Shown in pieces: positions 12,898 to 25,401 of a DNA stretch of 61,609 nucleotides (position 1 is the stretch's first letter; the number at the start of each line of letters is the position of its first letter). The stretch is from Dendrobates tinctorius (taxonomy: Eukaryota), in assembly GCF_039654945.1 (NCBI RefSeq), contig NW_027361677.1, positions 4,838,392 to 4,900,000 of the forward strand. The letters are read 5' to 3'. The translations under genes and the position numbers were made by a program. The notes beneath the pieces were generated by a model that ran no database searches, was not told where the DNA came from, and was given only the letters and a program-made list of their open reading frames with translations.

Positions 12898-13220
12898 TTA
12901 AAGGGAACCGGTCAAGAACATTTTAACAATTAAACTAGTGCGACGGCTGTATAGGTCATAAAACAACAATAAAATGATACATGTCTTGTAAAAATCCGAT
13001 GTGCCATCGCTGAGAAACGAGATCTTTTAAATCACATGCAAAATAGTCTGGAAGTGCTTTGGGGGGGTGTCCATTCCCAGGTTAATTTGCATGTGGATTC
13101 AAAGCTCATTTTTTCAGTGATGGCACATCGGATTTTTACAAAACAGGTATCATTTTTTTTTTTGTTTTACGAACCATACAGCCGTGGCACTAGTTTAGTA
13201 AAATTAAATTCTTTTTTAAG
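12898..13220. mobile_element. T2-type palindromic MITE
   Basis: TTAAAGGGAACC start; AAACTAGTGCGACGGCTGTAT / ATACAGCCGTGGCACTAGTTT inverted arms. Confidence 0.6.
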
Positions 13221-13879
13221 AGGTTTCTATACACATTATATTGTCACAGTATCTGCCTATGAGATCAGGATCAAGACAACGATGGAAAGTGAGAACGATA
13301 TCCTTTTTATTACAGCATTGTCTTTATAACAATTCTCTATAGAATTATTCCATAAATGCCAGAAAAAAAAAAATAATGTAATGTTTTCTTATTACAGCAC
13401 CTTTCATATACTGCACTGCACATAGTAATAATACATCAATTACGGTACATAATAAAGCATGGAGAACATAGCAGACATCCTCAGCCTTGGTTTCCCTTTT
13501 TCTTTTCGGGGGGTGGGGGGAGACACAATTTAAACCATCCATATGGGCTGCAGATTATAGACCTGAGGTCCTGAGCCTATGGCTCTGCAGCAAATGTGGA
13601 ACTACAACCCCCAGAATGTACTGATTATCCCCAATATACCATTTGTAGGTGTATGGGTGTGTTCACACTGACTGATAGCCAGTCCTACTGCTGGAGGGTC
13701 CAGCGCTCAACCACTGCTCCCGATGTGTGTTATTGTCTGGAGCGCTGACTTCACGCTGAGAGCGCTGCAGCCAATCAGTGAGTTCTCTGTTCGTGTAGAT
13801 GGCACTACCAACTGCGTTCACTGATTGGCTGCAGCTCTGTGATATCGGCTTTGCAAACAATGACACATTGGGAGCAGAA

Positions 13880-14345
13880 GTGGAGACTCAGCATCTGGAC
13901 CAGAGGAAAATGAGTTGAGCACATAGTTTGTTTTAAACACACTGCAGACTGAGACAGAGGGTGGTGACACCATGCTGGACCAAGGGAGAGTGTGTTTAGC
14001 TCAATGTGGTTGTTTTAAAAACACCGCAGACTGGAGACAGAGGGCAGAGACTCAGCACTGGACCAGGAGAGAGTGAGTTTAGCCCAATTTTTTGTTTTAA
14101 AAACACTGGAGACAGGGGGTAGAGACTCAGTGCTGGAGCAAGGGAAAGTGAGTTTAGCCGAATTTGTTTTAAAAACACTGCAGACTGAAGACAGTTGGTG
14201 GAGACTCAGAGCTGGACCAGGGGAGAGTGAGTTTAGCCCAATTTGTTTTAAAAACACTTCAGACTGGAGACAGGGGGTGGAGACTCAGAGCTGGACCAGG
14301 GGACAGTGAGGTGAGCTTAGTTTGTTTTTTTATAAATAAACTGCA
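13880..14345. repeat. ~78-80-bp tandem repeat, ~6 copies (within a MITE)
   Basis: GAGACTCAG..CTGGACCAGGGGAGAGTGAGTTTAGC..TTGTTTTAAAAACACTGCAGACT units. Confidence 0.85.
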
Positions 14346-15636
14346 GACAGCGGACAGGAGTTTTCTGAAAGCAGAAAATTCCTTTAATATTTTACCAAAG
14401 TGTACAGAATGTAAAATTGTAGAGGGCGCCCCGTCTGATGCTGGGTTATACTACTGGGTTATACACCCCCCCCCCCCAAACCAATGTCATGAAAGGCCAA
14501 GCATCTCCTTACCCCTAGCCTGTTATTCTTTGCCTTGCACAGTTTCTCTCCACCCATTTGGAAACATGATGGGGTTGGGGCGCCCCTATTTTCCAGGTGC
14601 CCCATATAATCAGCATAGTCTCTATGGTATATGCAGCACTAGATCACTTTCCACCTAATTTGGAGCAGGAATCTACATTTGTCTCAGAAACTTTTATAAA
14701 AAAAAATAAGAGCATGGTGTCATAATAAAATATCAAGACACACAAATCCGTATACCAACCCTACTATCCGCATATCATGGAGAGAATATATTTAGCTTTT
14801 TCCTGGCATTCTGGGACGTATTGTAATGTCCAGGATTAAAAACATGGCGGCTATAAAAAAAAACAAAACACAAATAAAAAAAAAAACCACAGTGCCACCC
14901 CTGTCCACAGGATGAATGTGGTATTGCAGCTATGGTCAGGGGAAATAAAGCTGCCATATTTTCCTACCCCTATATAACCCTCTTTAAGGCAAAAATGGAG
15001 CTGCCTTCAACAGAATATAAATCTACAAAAAAAAAATGTAAAAGTCACAAAACAGACAGAACTGGCCAAAAAAAATGCCAAAAATCTATAGCCAGTATCC
15101 GCTCCATTATCAGGATGAAATATTAGTTCCACTACTCCCGGCTACAAATCCTCTCCAGTATATTAATACATACAGCGCCTCCTAGAGGCAAAATTTCATG
15201 CAACAGCTAATATTCGTTTTGCAACTTAGATGCCATCGCTGTAAATCATTTGCTACTATTGTTACTTATATTTTAGATTTGGGACATAGTTTTAGCTATG
15301 AGCAGGGAATGGGTTAAAAAAAAAAAAGTTGATAGCCACCTCTATAATTCAGGAGTTTAAAAAAAATGAATGTTTAAGAGATATCCGAAAAAAAGCAGTC
15401 AGTGGGGGGGTATCTAATGAACCCCAACATAGGCTGGTGGTCCACGTTTGTTTTTTTTAGGCACAGCGCCTCACATTTATAGTGGCTGTGCTTGGTACTA
15501 CAATCTCATTTAAAGGAATATTTCAGTGCAAATAGACTGAGGAAGAGGCAGGTGTTTGATATATAGACACATATATCTATATATACATATCTATAAATAT
15601 ATATACATACATGCATATACACTAAATATATATATA

Positions 15637-16532
15637 CACTCACTGGCCACTTTATTAGGTACACCTGTCCAACTGTGTGTTAAGACTTAATTTCTAATCA
15701 GCCAATCACATGGCGGCAACTCAGTGCATTTAGGCATGTAGACATGGTCAAGACAATCTCCTGCAGTTCAAACCGAGCATCAGTATGGGGAAGAAAGGCG
15801 ATTTGAGTGCCTTTGAACGTGGCATGATTGTTGGTGCCAGAAGGGCTGGTCTGAGTATTTCAGAAACTGCTGATCTACTGGGATTTTCACGCACAACCAT
15901 CTCTAGGGTTTACAGAGAATGGTCCGAAAAAGAAAAAAAATCCAGTGAGCGGCAGTTCTGTGGCCGGAAATGCCATGTTGATGCCAGAGGTCAGAGGAGA
16001 ATGGGCAGACTGGTTCGAGCTGATAGAAAGGCAACAGTGACTCAAATTGCCACCCGTTACAACCAAGGTAGGCAGAAGAGCATCTCTGAACGCACAGTGC
16101 GTCGAACTTTGAGGCAGATGGGCTACAGCAGCAGAAGACCACACTGGGTACCACTCCTCTCAGCTAAGAACAGGCATCTGATGGCTACTTTCAGCAGGAT
16201 AATGCGCCATGTCATAAAGCTCGATTCATCTCAGATTGGTTTCTTGAACATGACAATGAGTTCACTGTACTCAAATGGCCTCCTCAGTCACCAGATCTCA
16301 ATCCAATAGAGCATCTTTGGGATGTGGTGGAACGGGAGATTCGCATCAGGGATGTGCAGCCGACAAATCTGCGCCAACTGTGTGATGCCATCATGTCAAT
16401 ATGGTCCAAAATCTCTGAGGAATGCTTCCAGCACCTTGTTGAATCTCTGCCACGAAGAATTGAGGCAGTTCTGAAGGCAAAAGGGGGTCCAACCCGTTAC
16501 TAGCATGGTGTACCTAATAAAGTGGCCAGTGA

Positions 16533-16535
<3 letters not shown>
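15637..16535 (+). mobile_element. Tc1/Incomer copy 2: non-autonomous, ~322-bp internal deletion, both TIRs intact
   Basis: TIR CACTCACTGGCCACTTTATTAGGTACACC at both ends, inserted in a (TA)n tract; lacks the equivalent of 522-843 of copy 1. Confidence 0.93.
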
Positions 16536-16584
<49 letters not shown>

Positions 16585-17709
16585 TGTATATGCATGGTTA
16601 AGGTTAAGCTGCATCGCAAGAGAAAGCCAAATAGACAAACAGAATGAATGGCTGCAGAATGAGTTAACTGAGACGCCTTCAGTGAGCTCCTTCTGACCAG
16701 AGAGTTTTTAACTCCTTTCTTTTTTCTGAGCTACTCTCAGCTGATCTACGACCACAAAGTGGAGATGATCTTTGTGATCACAAATCAGCTGAGAGGAGCT
16801 CAGAAAAAGACAGATAAAAGAGTTAAAAACTCCCTCTCAAAACAAGCTCACTTTTCCCCCTTATTCCAGGAGCCATAACGTTTTGATTTTTTCCTTCCAC
16901 ATAGGTGTATGAGGGCTTGTTTTTTTGCGGGACGAGCTGTAGTTTTGAATGACACCATTCATTTTGCCATAAAATGTTCTGGAAAATCGGAAAAAAAAAA
17001 TGGGAAAGAAAAAATAAAGAAGCGATGAAATGGCGAAAAAAAAACCCAACCTATTCTGACGTTGTTTTTTAGAATTTATTGTTATGGTTGTTTCTTGCAC
17101 GATAAAAATGACCCGTCAGCGTGATTTTCCAGTACAATTTATGGTTATATCAAGCTTGTTTAGTTTTCTTTTCTTAGATTTCAGTTGTGAAAATAATAAA
17201 AAAATCGGAATTTATTAAAAAAAATAAATTGTCACCATTTTTTGAGATTTTTTAATTTTTCTTTCGATACAGCCGTGTGGGGGCTTATTATTTGTATGAT
17301 GAGCTAAAGTTTCTATTGATACTACTTTCGGGTACATACAATGCTTTACTTATTATTACATTTTTGGGGGTCAGATATGATGACCGAAAAAAACCCGACT
17401 CTGACGTTTTGATTTATTTTTTTCCTCTTTACCTGGTTTCCAATTTTTGAGGAGTTTTCGTTTTTGAGGAAGATTTGGAGAGTTTCCTCTCTGAATCTGT
17501 TCCAAAGCCTCCTAAAAAAAACTGTGTGTACATACCCTTAAGGGTGTGTTCCCACTTAGTTTAGTTTTTTTCAGGAGTTTTTGAGTTTTGGGATAAAAAA
17601 AAAACTTTCCAAGTGCCACAAGGAGTTAAAAAAAAAAATAGTTTTTTTTGATTGGAGAGTTGGAAGGTTTCTGCTCTGAAAACGCAGAAAAAAGCCCCAA
17701 AGTATGAAC

Positions 17710-17915
17710 ACTCGCTGGAGAAGACCATCATGGTTGGAAGAAGAGACGAGGTGTAGAGGAAGACCAGCAACCCACTGGCGTGATGCTATCAAGATAATTG
17801 AGGAGAAGACCCTGGTGGACCTATCTAGGCTTTGCCAAGATCGATCTTCCTACAGGTCGTTCGTCCATCAAGTCACCATGGCTCGAGATCAATCCAAAGG
17901 CTGTTGAAAAAATAA
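17710..17915 (+). mobile_element. 3' end of an RTE-clade LINE (BovB-like C-terminal peptide)
   Basis: SLEKTIMVG...RGRPATHWRDAIK...LSRLCQDRSSYRSFVHQVT, followed by an A-rich tail. Confidence 0.7.
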
Positions 17916-18189
17916 AAAGAAGATCCTTTACACAAAAAAATAAATGTGTCTATGGCCACATTAATCAAAGAGTGTTCATGACTTTTCAAGATAGGCAATA
18001 TAGAGGACCAGGTACGAGCTGACAGTCCATGCCTTACATTACTGACAATGGTAAGCCCCTTGAACATAGCTAGGTGAGGTAAGGCTCGTAACTGAGCAGT
18101 GGGTGAAGCCTAGAACTTGACTCCACATCACTAATTTGAAGGCATAAAGTGAATACAGATAATGCATAAGTCCACCTCGATCAGGTCTC

Positions 18190-18494
18190 CTAATTCAGTC
18201 CATTTTCTTGCTCAGGTAGCAGTTTCTCAGCTATACCCGTCAGTCCATTTTCCACCAGGGCATCCACAAGTCTCTGTAACGTGCCTTTCTTTCCTTCACA
18301 ATCGATGAAACGTTGAAGCATCTGGTAGGCTTGTTCATACAGACCGTCGCTATGGTATTCGTAGGCCACGGTTTCTATGGCTGGGTCTTCTAAAGCTCGG
18401 CAGGTCTCCTTCAATGTTCTGCCCACCTTTTTCCAAGATGTTCCTACAGATTTGGCAAAGATCTGGTGATGTTCTTTAGTCAGGGGCCTGTCAA
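18190..18494 (-). CDS. TRADD: TRADD last coding exon (death domain)
   Basis: DRPLTKEHHQIFAKSVGTSWKKVGRTLKETCRALEDPAIETVAYEY...TLQRLVDALVENGLT matches the TRADD death domain; tttcag acceptor, phase 1, TAG stop. Confidence 0.96.
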
Positions 18495-19098
18495 CTGAAA
18501 GACACTATTGGATTAGCAAAAAAAAGAAAATGAAACATGAAGAAACTCAAACTTCTAAGTTATCCTAACTTACAGATGAAACCACATTCGAGTCAACCAC
18601 CCAAAACTGCATTCAAAAGTCTTCTTCGTAGGGTTCGCTCACACTAGCATATAAATCGGATGAGTGCAAACCAATTTTTAGGGGTCCACGCATATGGACT
18701 GAACATGGACAAGTGAGAAAAAATTGTCCCACTCTCCTGGTTGAGAATGAGACCCTTAGTTTTTAAGTGGTGGTCTTCTCAAAAAAGATGGGGTTTTGGA
18801 GAAATTCCACTGCACTTGGTAAACATTCAGTGTTCCATCAAGAAGCTTTACTTTCTTTTTCTTCCACCCACATCTTAGCTGCCTATGGGACTATATACAC
18901 TGATGAGCCATAACATAAAAACCTAAAATATTGTGTTTGTTCCCCTCAACAAAAAAAAAAAGCTTGGACAAGTCAAGGCATGGACTCCTCAAGACCTCTG
19001 CGGTATCTAGTGCCAAGACTTTAGGAGTAGATTTTTTAAGTGATCCAGAGAGACCCGATTGGATTGACCTCTGTGGAATTTGGAAGTCAACCCCTTAG

Positions 19099-19276
19099 GC
19101 CACGTTCACACGTTCAGTATTTGATCACTATTTTACATCAGTATTTGTAAGCCGCAATCATAGGAAAAGTATAATAGAAACCCGTCACCACTTCTGTATT
19201 TATCACGCACTCCAGGTTTTGGCTTACAAATACTGATGTGACGTACTGACCTAATACTGAACGTGTGAATGTGGCC
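19099..19276. mobile_element. Harbinger-type MITE in TRADD intron
   Basis: TTA-GGCCACGTTCACACGTTCAGTA...TACTGAACGTGTGAATGTGGCC-TTA. Confidence 0.8.
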
Positions 19277-20128
19277 TTAAAGTGTTATTGCAATTTCTGA
19301 AAACTTTAGAAAAGTCAGAAGCTTTAGGTCCTGGGTGCTAAGACACTTACCAATTGCTAGAAGAGAGGAACAGAAGTGGTCAGCTGGGTGCTGCACTTCT
19401 CAGAGACCAAAGATAGGCTCACTGGAAAGTCTATGAGGAGGCATCCGGTCTTTGGCTAAGAGTTTCTTCTGTATTTGTAGTCTTTATTAGTGGGCTTAGG
19501 ACCCATATGCCCAAAAATGAAACCTTTTGACATATCTCTATAATATCTTAATTGATTTCAGTGCAGTTAGACATTTTGCCATGTTCGTCAAACAATTTTT
19601 GCAGAGGCCACTACCAATAGGGTTGCCATAATGGTCAGCCTGGACCCAAAACTGCTGAGCAGAACACGGGTCAGAGCATCACCCTATCTCTGCAAGGTTT
19701 CTATCTACCCGTATGGCATCCCACTTTCATCTTTTCCAAAGGTACACACAGGCATGGCCATTCACATGATGGAAAAAAAGACATTTTCCATTAGGCCAGG
19801 CCATTTTCTTCCATTGCTCCATGGTGTAGTTCTGTTGCTCATGGGCTCAATTTAGGGCTTCAGGGTCCAACACGTGATTTTTCTGCAGCTGCACAGCCCC
19901 ATAGAGTAGGATGACCCCTAACATACCCTCCCCTCCGTACAGTATAATTCCCCCAGAGTGAATTCCGCCCACAACAATGTTCCCCCAGTGTACTAATATG
20001 ATGACTCCACAGAACACCACAGACAGTATGATGTCCCCAAAGTTGCCCAACACAAATCGATACTCCCACCGTGACACCCCCACACAGTATAATGTCCCAT
20101 TGTGTGACTGACGATAGGCAGAACTTAC

Positions 20129-20324
20129 AAAAGTCTTTTCCTTGGAATTTAAAAGTGCTTCCTTCCGATGATACTGATCGGAGAGTGTGCGGCTGAGATC
20201 CCAGGTTGGAGTTCTGTGGAGTCGAGGACGGAGGCGGATTGCTGTTTCCTGGCGGTGGACCCAATGAAATACCCATAAAAAGTCTGTCCAGATCTGCAAG
20301 TTCATCATCCTTCTGATAACTGGG
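20129..20324 (-). CDS. TRADD: TRADD coding exon 3 (linker)
   Basis: ctttag|PSYQKDDELADLD...TFKFQGKDF|gtaag; 196 nt, phases 0/1 consistent with neighbours. Confidence 0.92.
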
Positions 20325-21105
20325 CTAAAGGAGAAGACAAAGTGTTACATCACTTCATGGGAAACAGGCAGGGCTTCCCTTCCTCTATAGGAACCGGATT
20401 ATTAGCAAGTAAGTGGAAACAAGTACCGGGCACCTCTACCTTACATAAAAAAAAGTGGGGTTTATATTCGATGTTTGCTTTTGGACTCCCATTATTCTAT
20501 GTCCAATACACAGACTGAATGCTGTGCTTCTACTTTAGGTGGAGCCTACGACGGAGAAGCAAAATGGAATCCAAAGCCGATGTGAAAAGAGCCTTGGTTG
20601 CTGATCTTTAGGTACCCCGTCACTAAGTTTTAATGTTTTTTTTCCACAAGGACTACTTAAAAAGGGTTTTCCACCTTTGATGATTTTTATTTCTTTTCTT
20701 ATTAGCTAAAAATAATTTTTGTATTTGGTTCTCATTAAAAATTTTGCTTCGTTTGACTTTTAAAGCCTCTTTGTTTTCCTGCACATTCAACTTTGATGTG
20801 GTCAGTGGTCGTAAATCAGCTGAAAGGAGCTCAGAAAAGAGATAAGGCAGTTACAAAGTCCCTGGCAGACCATCATAATGGGCTGACTGATGGATTCTCA
20901 GTTAACTTATTCTGAAGCCAGGATGGAAGCTGTTGAATGCAAATGGAGCAATATTTCTAATGAAACTCAACTGTGAAAAAAATCATTTTTAGCTCAAAAT
21001 AGATGCATGTAAGTAAAAAAAAAAAAAAAAAAAAAAATTGGTTCGATAGGTGGATGACCCTTTTAACACGTTTTTACATTTTTCAGAAATAAAATGTAAA
21101 GTTAC

Positions 21106-21386
21106 CCTGCAAGAGGAAATATAGTACAGACATTTCTCCTCTTCGTCCAGTTGGGTGTCGAGCTTCTGTGCGTCCACCTTAAGCTCAAGAAAGACTTCTA
21201 GAGACTCCATTTTTAGGCTTTGACTGAGCTGATTTTGAAAGTGCTCATGAACCTTCTTCTCCCTGTACCCCCGAAGAAACCTCACACAGGCCGACATTCC
21301 GTAAAATTTCAGGTGAAGGATTAGTTGGGGGTCACTTTCACAAATTTTGAGGATCTCAATATAGTTTGGGGAGTCTCCTGAAAATT
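21106..21386 (-). CDS. TRADD: TRADD coding exon 2 (TRADD-N, TRAF2-binding domain)
   Basis: ccag|EFSGDSPNYIEILKICESDPQLILHLKFYG...RFLRGYRE...DEEEKCLYYISSCR|gtaac; 281 nt. Confidence 0.93.
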
Positions 21387-21603
21387 CTGGAAATCATAGA
21401 AATAAAAGAAAAGCCTTAAAAAGGTGACCCTTAAATGGGTTATCACTAAAAAGCGCAGCAACAATTGCTTTTCTAAGATCATTGCTGATAAGATTGCTCC
21501 AGACCAGCAATCTGCCCAAACTTCTGCTCTTATAGAGGCAACCACACTCGCTGATGAACAATTCATCAAGAGCATTTGATTAGCAGAATTTTTTTTATAA
21601 ATA

Positions 21604-23221
21604 CAGTACAGACCAAAAGTTTGGACACACCTCATTCAAAGAGTTTTCTTTATTTTCATGACTATGAAAATTGTAGATTCACTCTGAAGGCATCAAAACT
21701 ATGAATTAACACATGTGGAATTATATAATTAACAAAAAAGTGTGAAACAACTGAAAATATGTCTTATATTCTAGGTTCTTCAAAGTAGCCACCTTTTGCT
21801 TTGATTACTGCTTTGCACTCTTGACATTCTCTTGATGAGTTTCAAGAGTTTGTTACCGGAAATGGTCTTGAAGGGGTTCCCAGAGATGCTTAGCACTTGT
21901 TGGCCCTTTTGCTTTCACTCTGCTGTCCAGCTCACCCCAAACCATCTCGATTGGGTTCAGGTCTGGTGACTGTGGAGGCCAGGTCATCTGGCATAGCACC
22001 CCATCACTCTCCTTCTTGGTCAAATAGCCCTTACACAGCCTGGAGGTGTGTTTGGGGTCAATGTCTTGTTGAAAAATAAATGATGGTCCAACTAAACGCA
22101 AACCGGATGGAATAGCATGCCGCTGCAAGATGCTGTGGTAGCCATGCTGGTTCAGTATGCCTTCAATTTTGAATAAATCCCCAACAGTGTCACCAACAAA
22201 GCACCCCACACCATCACACCTCCTCCTCCATGCTTCACGGTGGGAACCAGGCATGTAGAGTCCATCCGTTCACCTTTTCTGCGTCGCACAAAGACACAGT
22301 GGTTGGATCCAAAGATCTCAAATTTGGACTCATCAGACCAAAACACAGATTTTCACTGGTCTAATGTCCATTCCTTGTGTTCTTTAGCCCAAACAAGTCT
22401 CTTCTACTTGTTGCCTGTCCTTAGCAGTGGTTTCCTAGCAGGTATTTTACCATGAAAGCCTGCTGCACAAAGTCTCCTCTTAACAGTTGTTGTAGAGATG
22501 TGTCTGCTGCTAGAACTCTGTGTGGCATTGACCTAGTCTCTAATCTGAGCTGCTGTTAACCTGCGATTTCTGAGGCTGGTGACTAGGATGAACTTATCCT
22601 CCGCAGCAGAGGTGACTCTTGGTCTTCCTTTCCTGGGGCGGTCCTCATGTGAGCCAGTTTCTTTGTAGCGCTTGATGGTTTTTGCCACTGCACTTGGGGA
22701 CACTTTCAAAGTTTTCCCAATTTTTCGGATTGACTGACCTTCATTTCTTAAAGTAATGATGGCCATTCGTTTTTCTTTACTTAGCTGCTTTTTTCTAGCC
22801 ATAATACAAATTCTAACAGTCAATTCAGTAGGACTATCACCTGTGTATCCACCAGACTTCTGCACAACACAACTGATGGCCCCAACCCCATTCATAAGGC
22901 AAGAAGTCCCACTTAATAAACCTGACAGGGCACACCTGTGAAGTGAAAACCATTTCCAGTGACTACCGCTTGAAGCTCATCAAGAGAATGCCAAGAGTGT
23001 GCAAAGCAGTGATCAAAGCAAAAGGTGGCTACTTTGAAGAACCTAGAATATAAGTATAAGACACACAGTATTTTCAGTTGTTTCACACTTTAATTATATA
23101 ATTCCACATGTGTTAATTCATAGTTTTGATGCCTTCAGAGTGAATCTACAATTTTCATAGTCATGAAAATAAAGAAAACGCTTTGAATGAGAAGGTGTGT
23201 CCAAACATTTGGTCTGTACTG
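21604..23221 (-). mobile_element. Full-length Tc1-like DD38E (Intruder-type) transposon with defective transposase, in TRADD intron
   Basis: TA-CAGTACAGACCAAAAGTTTGGACACAC TIRs (~250 bp); MARKKQLSKE..., WSDESKF and QQDIDPKH...SPDLNPIE with 38 residues between D and E; stops and frameshifts. Confidence 0.9.
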
Positions 23222-23317
23222 TATGTCCTGATATGATAATTTAAAGAGGGTGTACTTATTTTTTCTCATTACTGTGTACATATCACTTCCAGCAGTCGAT
23301 ATGTACAAGAGTCTTAC

Positions 23318-23447
23318 CTGAAATGACGTTCCTGAGTGCATTGTACACCATAGATTTGTGCTTAACATACAGACCGGGTAGCGAGGTAGGATCCGACTGG
23401 ATAAAGAGGAAAACGCTCCCAATCCAATCACTTGGACAGGAATTCAT
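23318..23447 (-). CDS. TRADD: TRADD first coding exon (ATG at 23447; acceptor at 23458, so a non-coding exon lies upstream)
   Basis: MNSCPSDWIGSVFLFIQSD...VYNALRNVIS G|gtaag resembles the TRADD N-terminus (WVGSAYLFVES). Total CDS 912 nt, 303 aa. Confidence 0.92.
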
Positions 23448-23539
23448 CTTTGGGGGTCTGAAAAACAAAAGACAATCAGAGTGAAAAAGTATGATCAGCA
23501 TTATATGTATAATGTATATTGTGTATATATATATACATA

Positions 23540-24860
23540 CAGTCATATGTAAAAGTTTGGGCACCCCTATTAATGTTAACCTTTTTTCTTTATAACAATT
23601 TTGGTTTTTGCAACAGCTATTTCAGTTTCATATATCTAATAACTGATGGACTCAGTTACATTTCTGGATTCAAATGAGGTTTATTGTACTAACAGAAAAT
23701 GTGCAATCTGCATTTAAACAAAATTTGACCAGTGCAAAAGTATGGGCACCCTTATCATTTTCTTGATTTGAACACTCCCAACTATTTTTTACTGACTTCC
23801 TGAAGCACTAAATTGGTTTTGTAACCTCATTGAGCTTTGAACTTCATAGCCAGGTGTATCAAATCATGAGAAAAGGTATTTAAGGTGGCCACTTGCAAGT
23901 AGTTCTCCTATTTGATTCTCCTATGAAGAGTGGCCTCATGGGCTCCTCAAAACAACTCTCAAATGATCTGAAAACAAAGATTATTCAACATAGCTTTTCA
24001 GGGGAAGGATACAAAAAGTTGTCTCAGAGATTTAACCTGTCAGTTTCCACTGTGAGGAACATAGTAAGGAAATGGAAGAACACAGGTACAGTTCTTGTTA
24101 AGCCCAGAAGTGGCAGGCCAAGAAAAATATCAGAAAGGCAGAGAAGAAGAATGGTGAGAACAGTCAAGGACAATCCACAGACCACCTCCAAAGACCTTCA
24201 GCATCATCTTGCTGCAGATGGTGTCACTGTGCATCAGTCAACAATACAGCGCATGCATAACGCCTTTTTGTATGACCAAACAACTCAATCTTTGTTTCAT
24301 CAGTCCACAGGACCTTCTTCCAAAATGTAACTGGCTTGTCCAAATGTGCTTTTGCATACCTCAGGCGAATCTCTGAGACAACTTTTTGTATCCTTCCCCT
24401 GAAAAGCTATGTTGAATAATCTTTGTTTTCAGATCATTTGAGAGTTGTTTTGAGGAGCCCATGATGCCACTCTTCATAGGAGAATCAAATAGGAGAACTA
24501 CTTGCAAGTGGCCACGTTAAATACCTTTTCTCATGATTTGATACACCTGGCTATGAATTTCAAAGCTCAATGAGGTTACAAAACCAATTTAGTGCTTCAG
24601 GAAGTCAGTAAAAAGTAGTTAGGAGTGTTCAAATCAAGAAAATGATAAGGGTGCCCATACTTTTGCACTTGTCAAATTTTGTTTAAATGCAGATTGCACA
24701 TTTTCTGTTAGTACAATAAACCTCATTTGAATCCAGAAATATAACTGAGTCCATCAGTTATTAGATATATGAAACTGAAATAGCTGTTGCAAAAACCAAA
24801 ATTGTTATAAAGAAAAAAGGTTAACATTAATAGGGGTGCCCAAACTTTTACATATGACTG
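23540..24860. mobile_element. Fold-back Tc1 derivative made of two inverted left halves
   Basis: TA TSD; arms 23540-24032 and 24368-24860 are inverted copies that include the transposase 5' end (MGSSKQLSNDLK...). Confidence 0.9.
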
Positions 24861-24889
24861 TATATATGTATATGTTTATATATAGAGAT

Positions 24890-25185
24890 ACTGTGGGGAT
24901 AATAAGTATTTGATACACTGCCGATTTTGCAAGTCTTCGACTTACAAAGAATGGAGAGGTCTGTAATTTTTATCGTAGGTGCACTACAACTGTGAGAGAC
25001 AGAATCTAAAAATAAAATCTGTATATCTCATTGTAGGATTTTTACATACGGTAATTAAATTGCATTTTATTGCATGAAATAAGTATTTGATCACCGACCA
25101 ACCAGCAAGAATTCTGGCTCTCACAGACTTCTCCATTCTTTGTAAAACTTGCAAAATCAGCAGTGTATCATATGCTTCTTTTCCC
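24890..25185. mobile_element. Tc1-derived non-autonomous remnant
   Basis: AATAAGTATTTGATACACTG...CAGTGTATCA inverted ends and a repeated AAATAAGTATTTGAT DR. Confidence 0.55.
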
Positions 25186-25401
25186 TCCTTAAAAAATTGA
25201 GCCGTTTCCATTCATTGTGTACCTTATCTCATAATTATCCTATACAGGCTCTGTAGGAACCATCTCATCCACACCTGACTTCAGAATTCTGCTCTTTGCT
25301 TGTGAGGTCAGCCTGAATTCATTGGCCAGTAGACCCCTATGGTGTGTGCAGTATAGAAAAAATTGTAAAATCCATAAAGAAATCTCCAAAGAGGGAACAT
25401 A

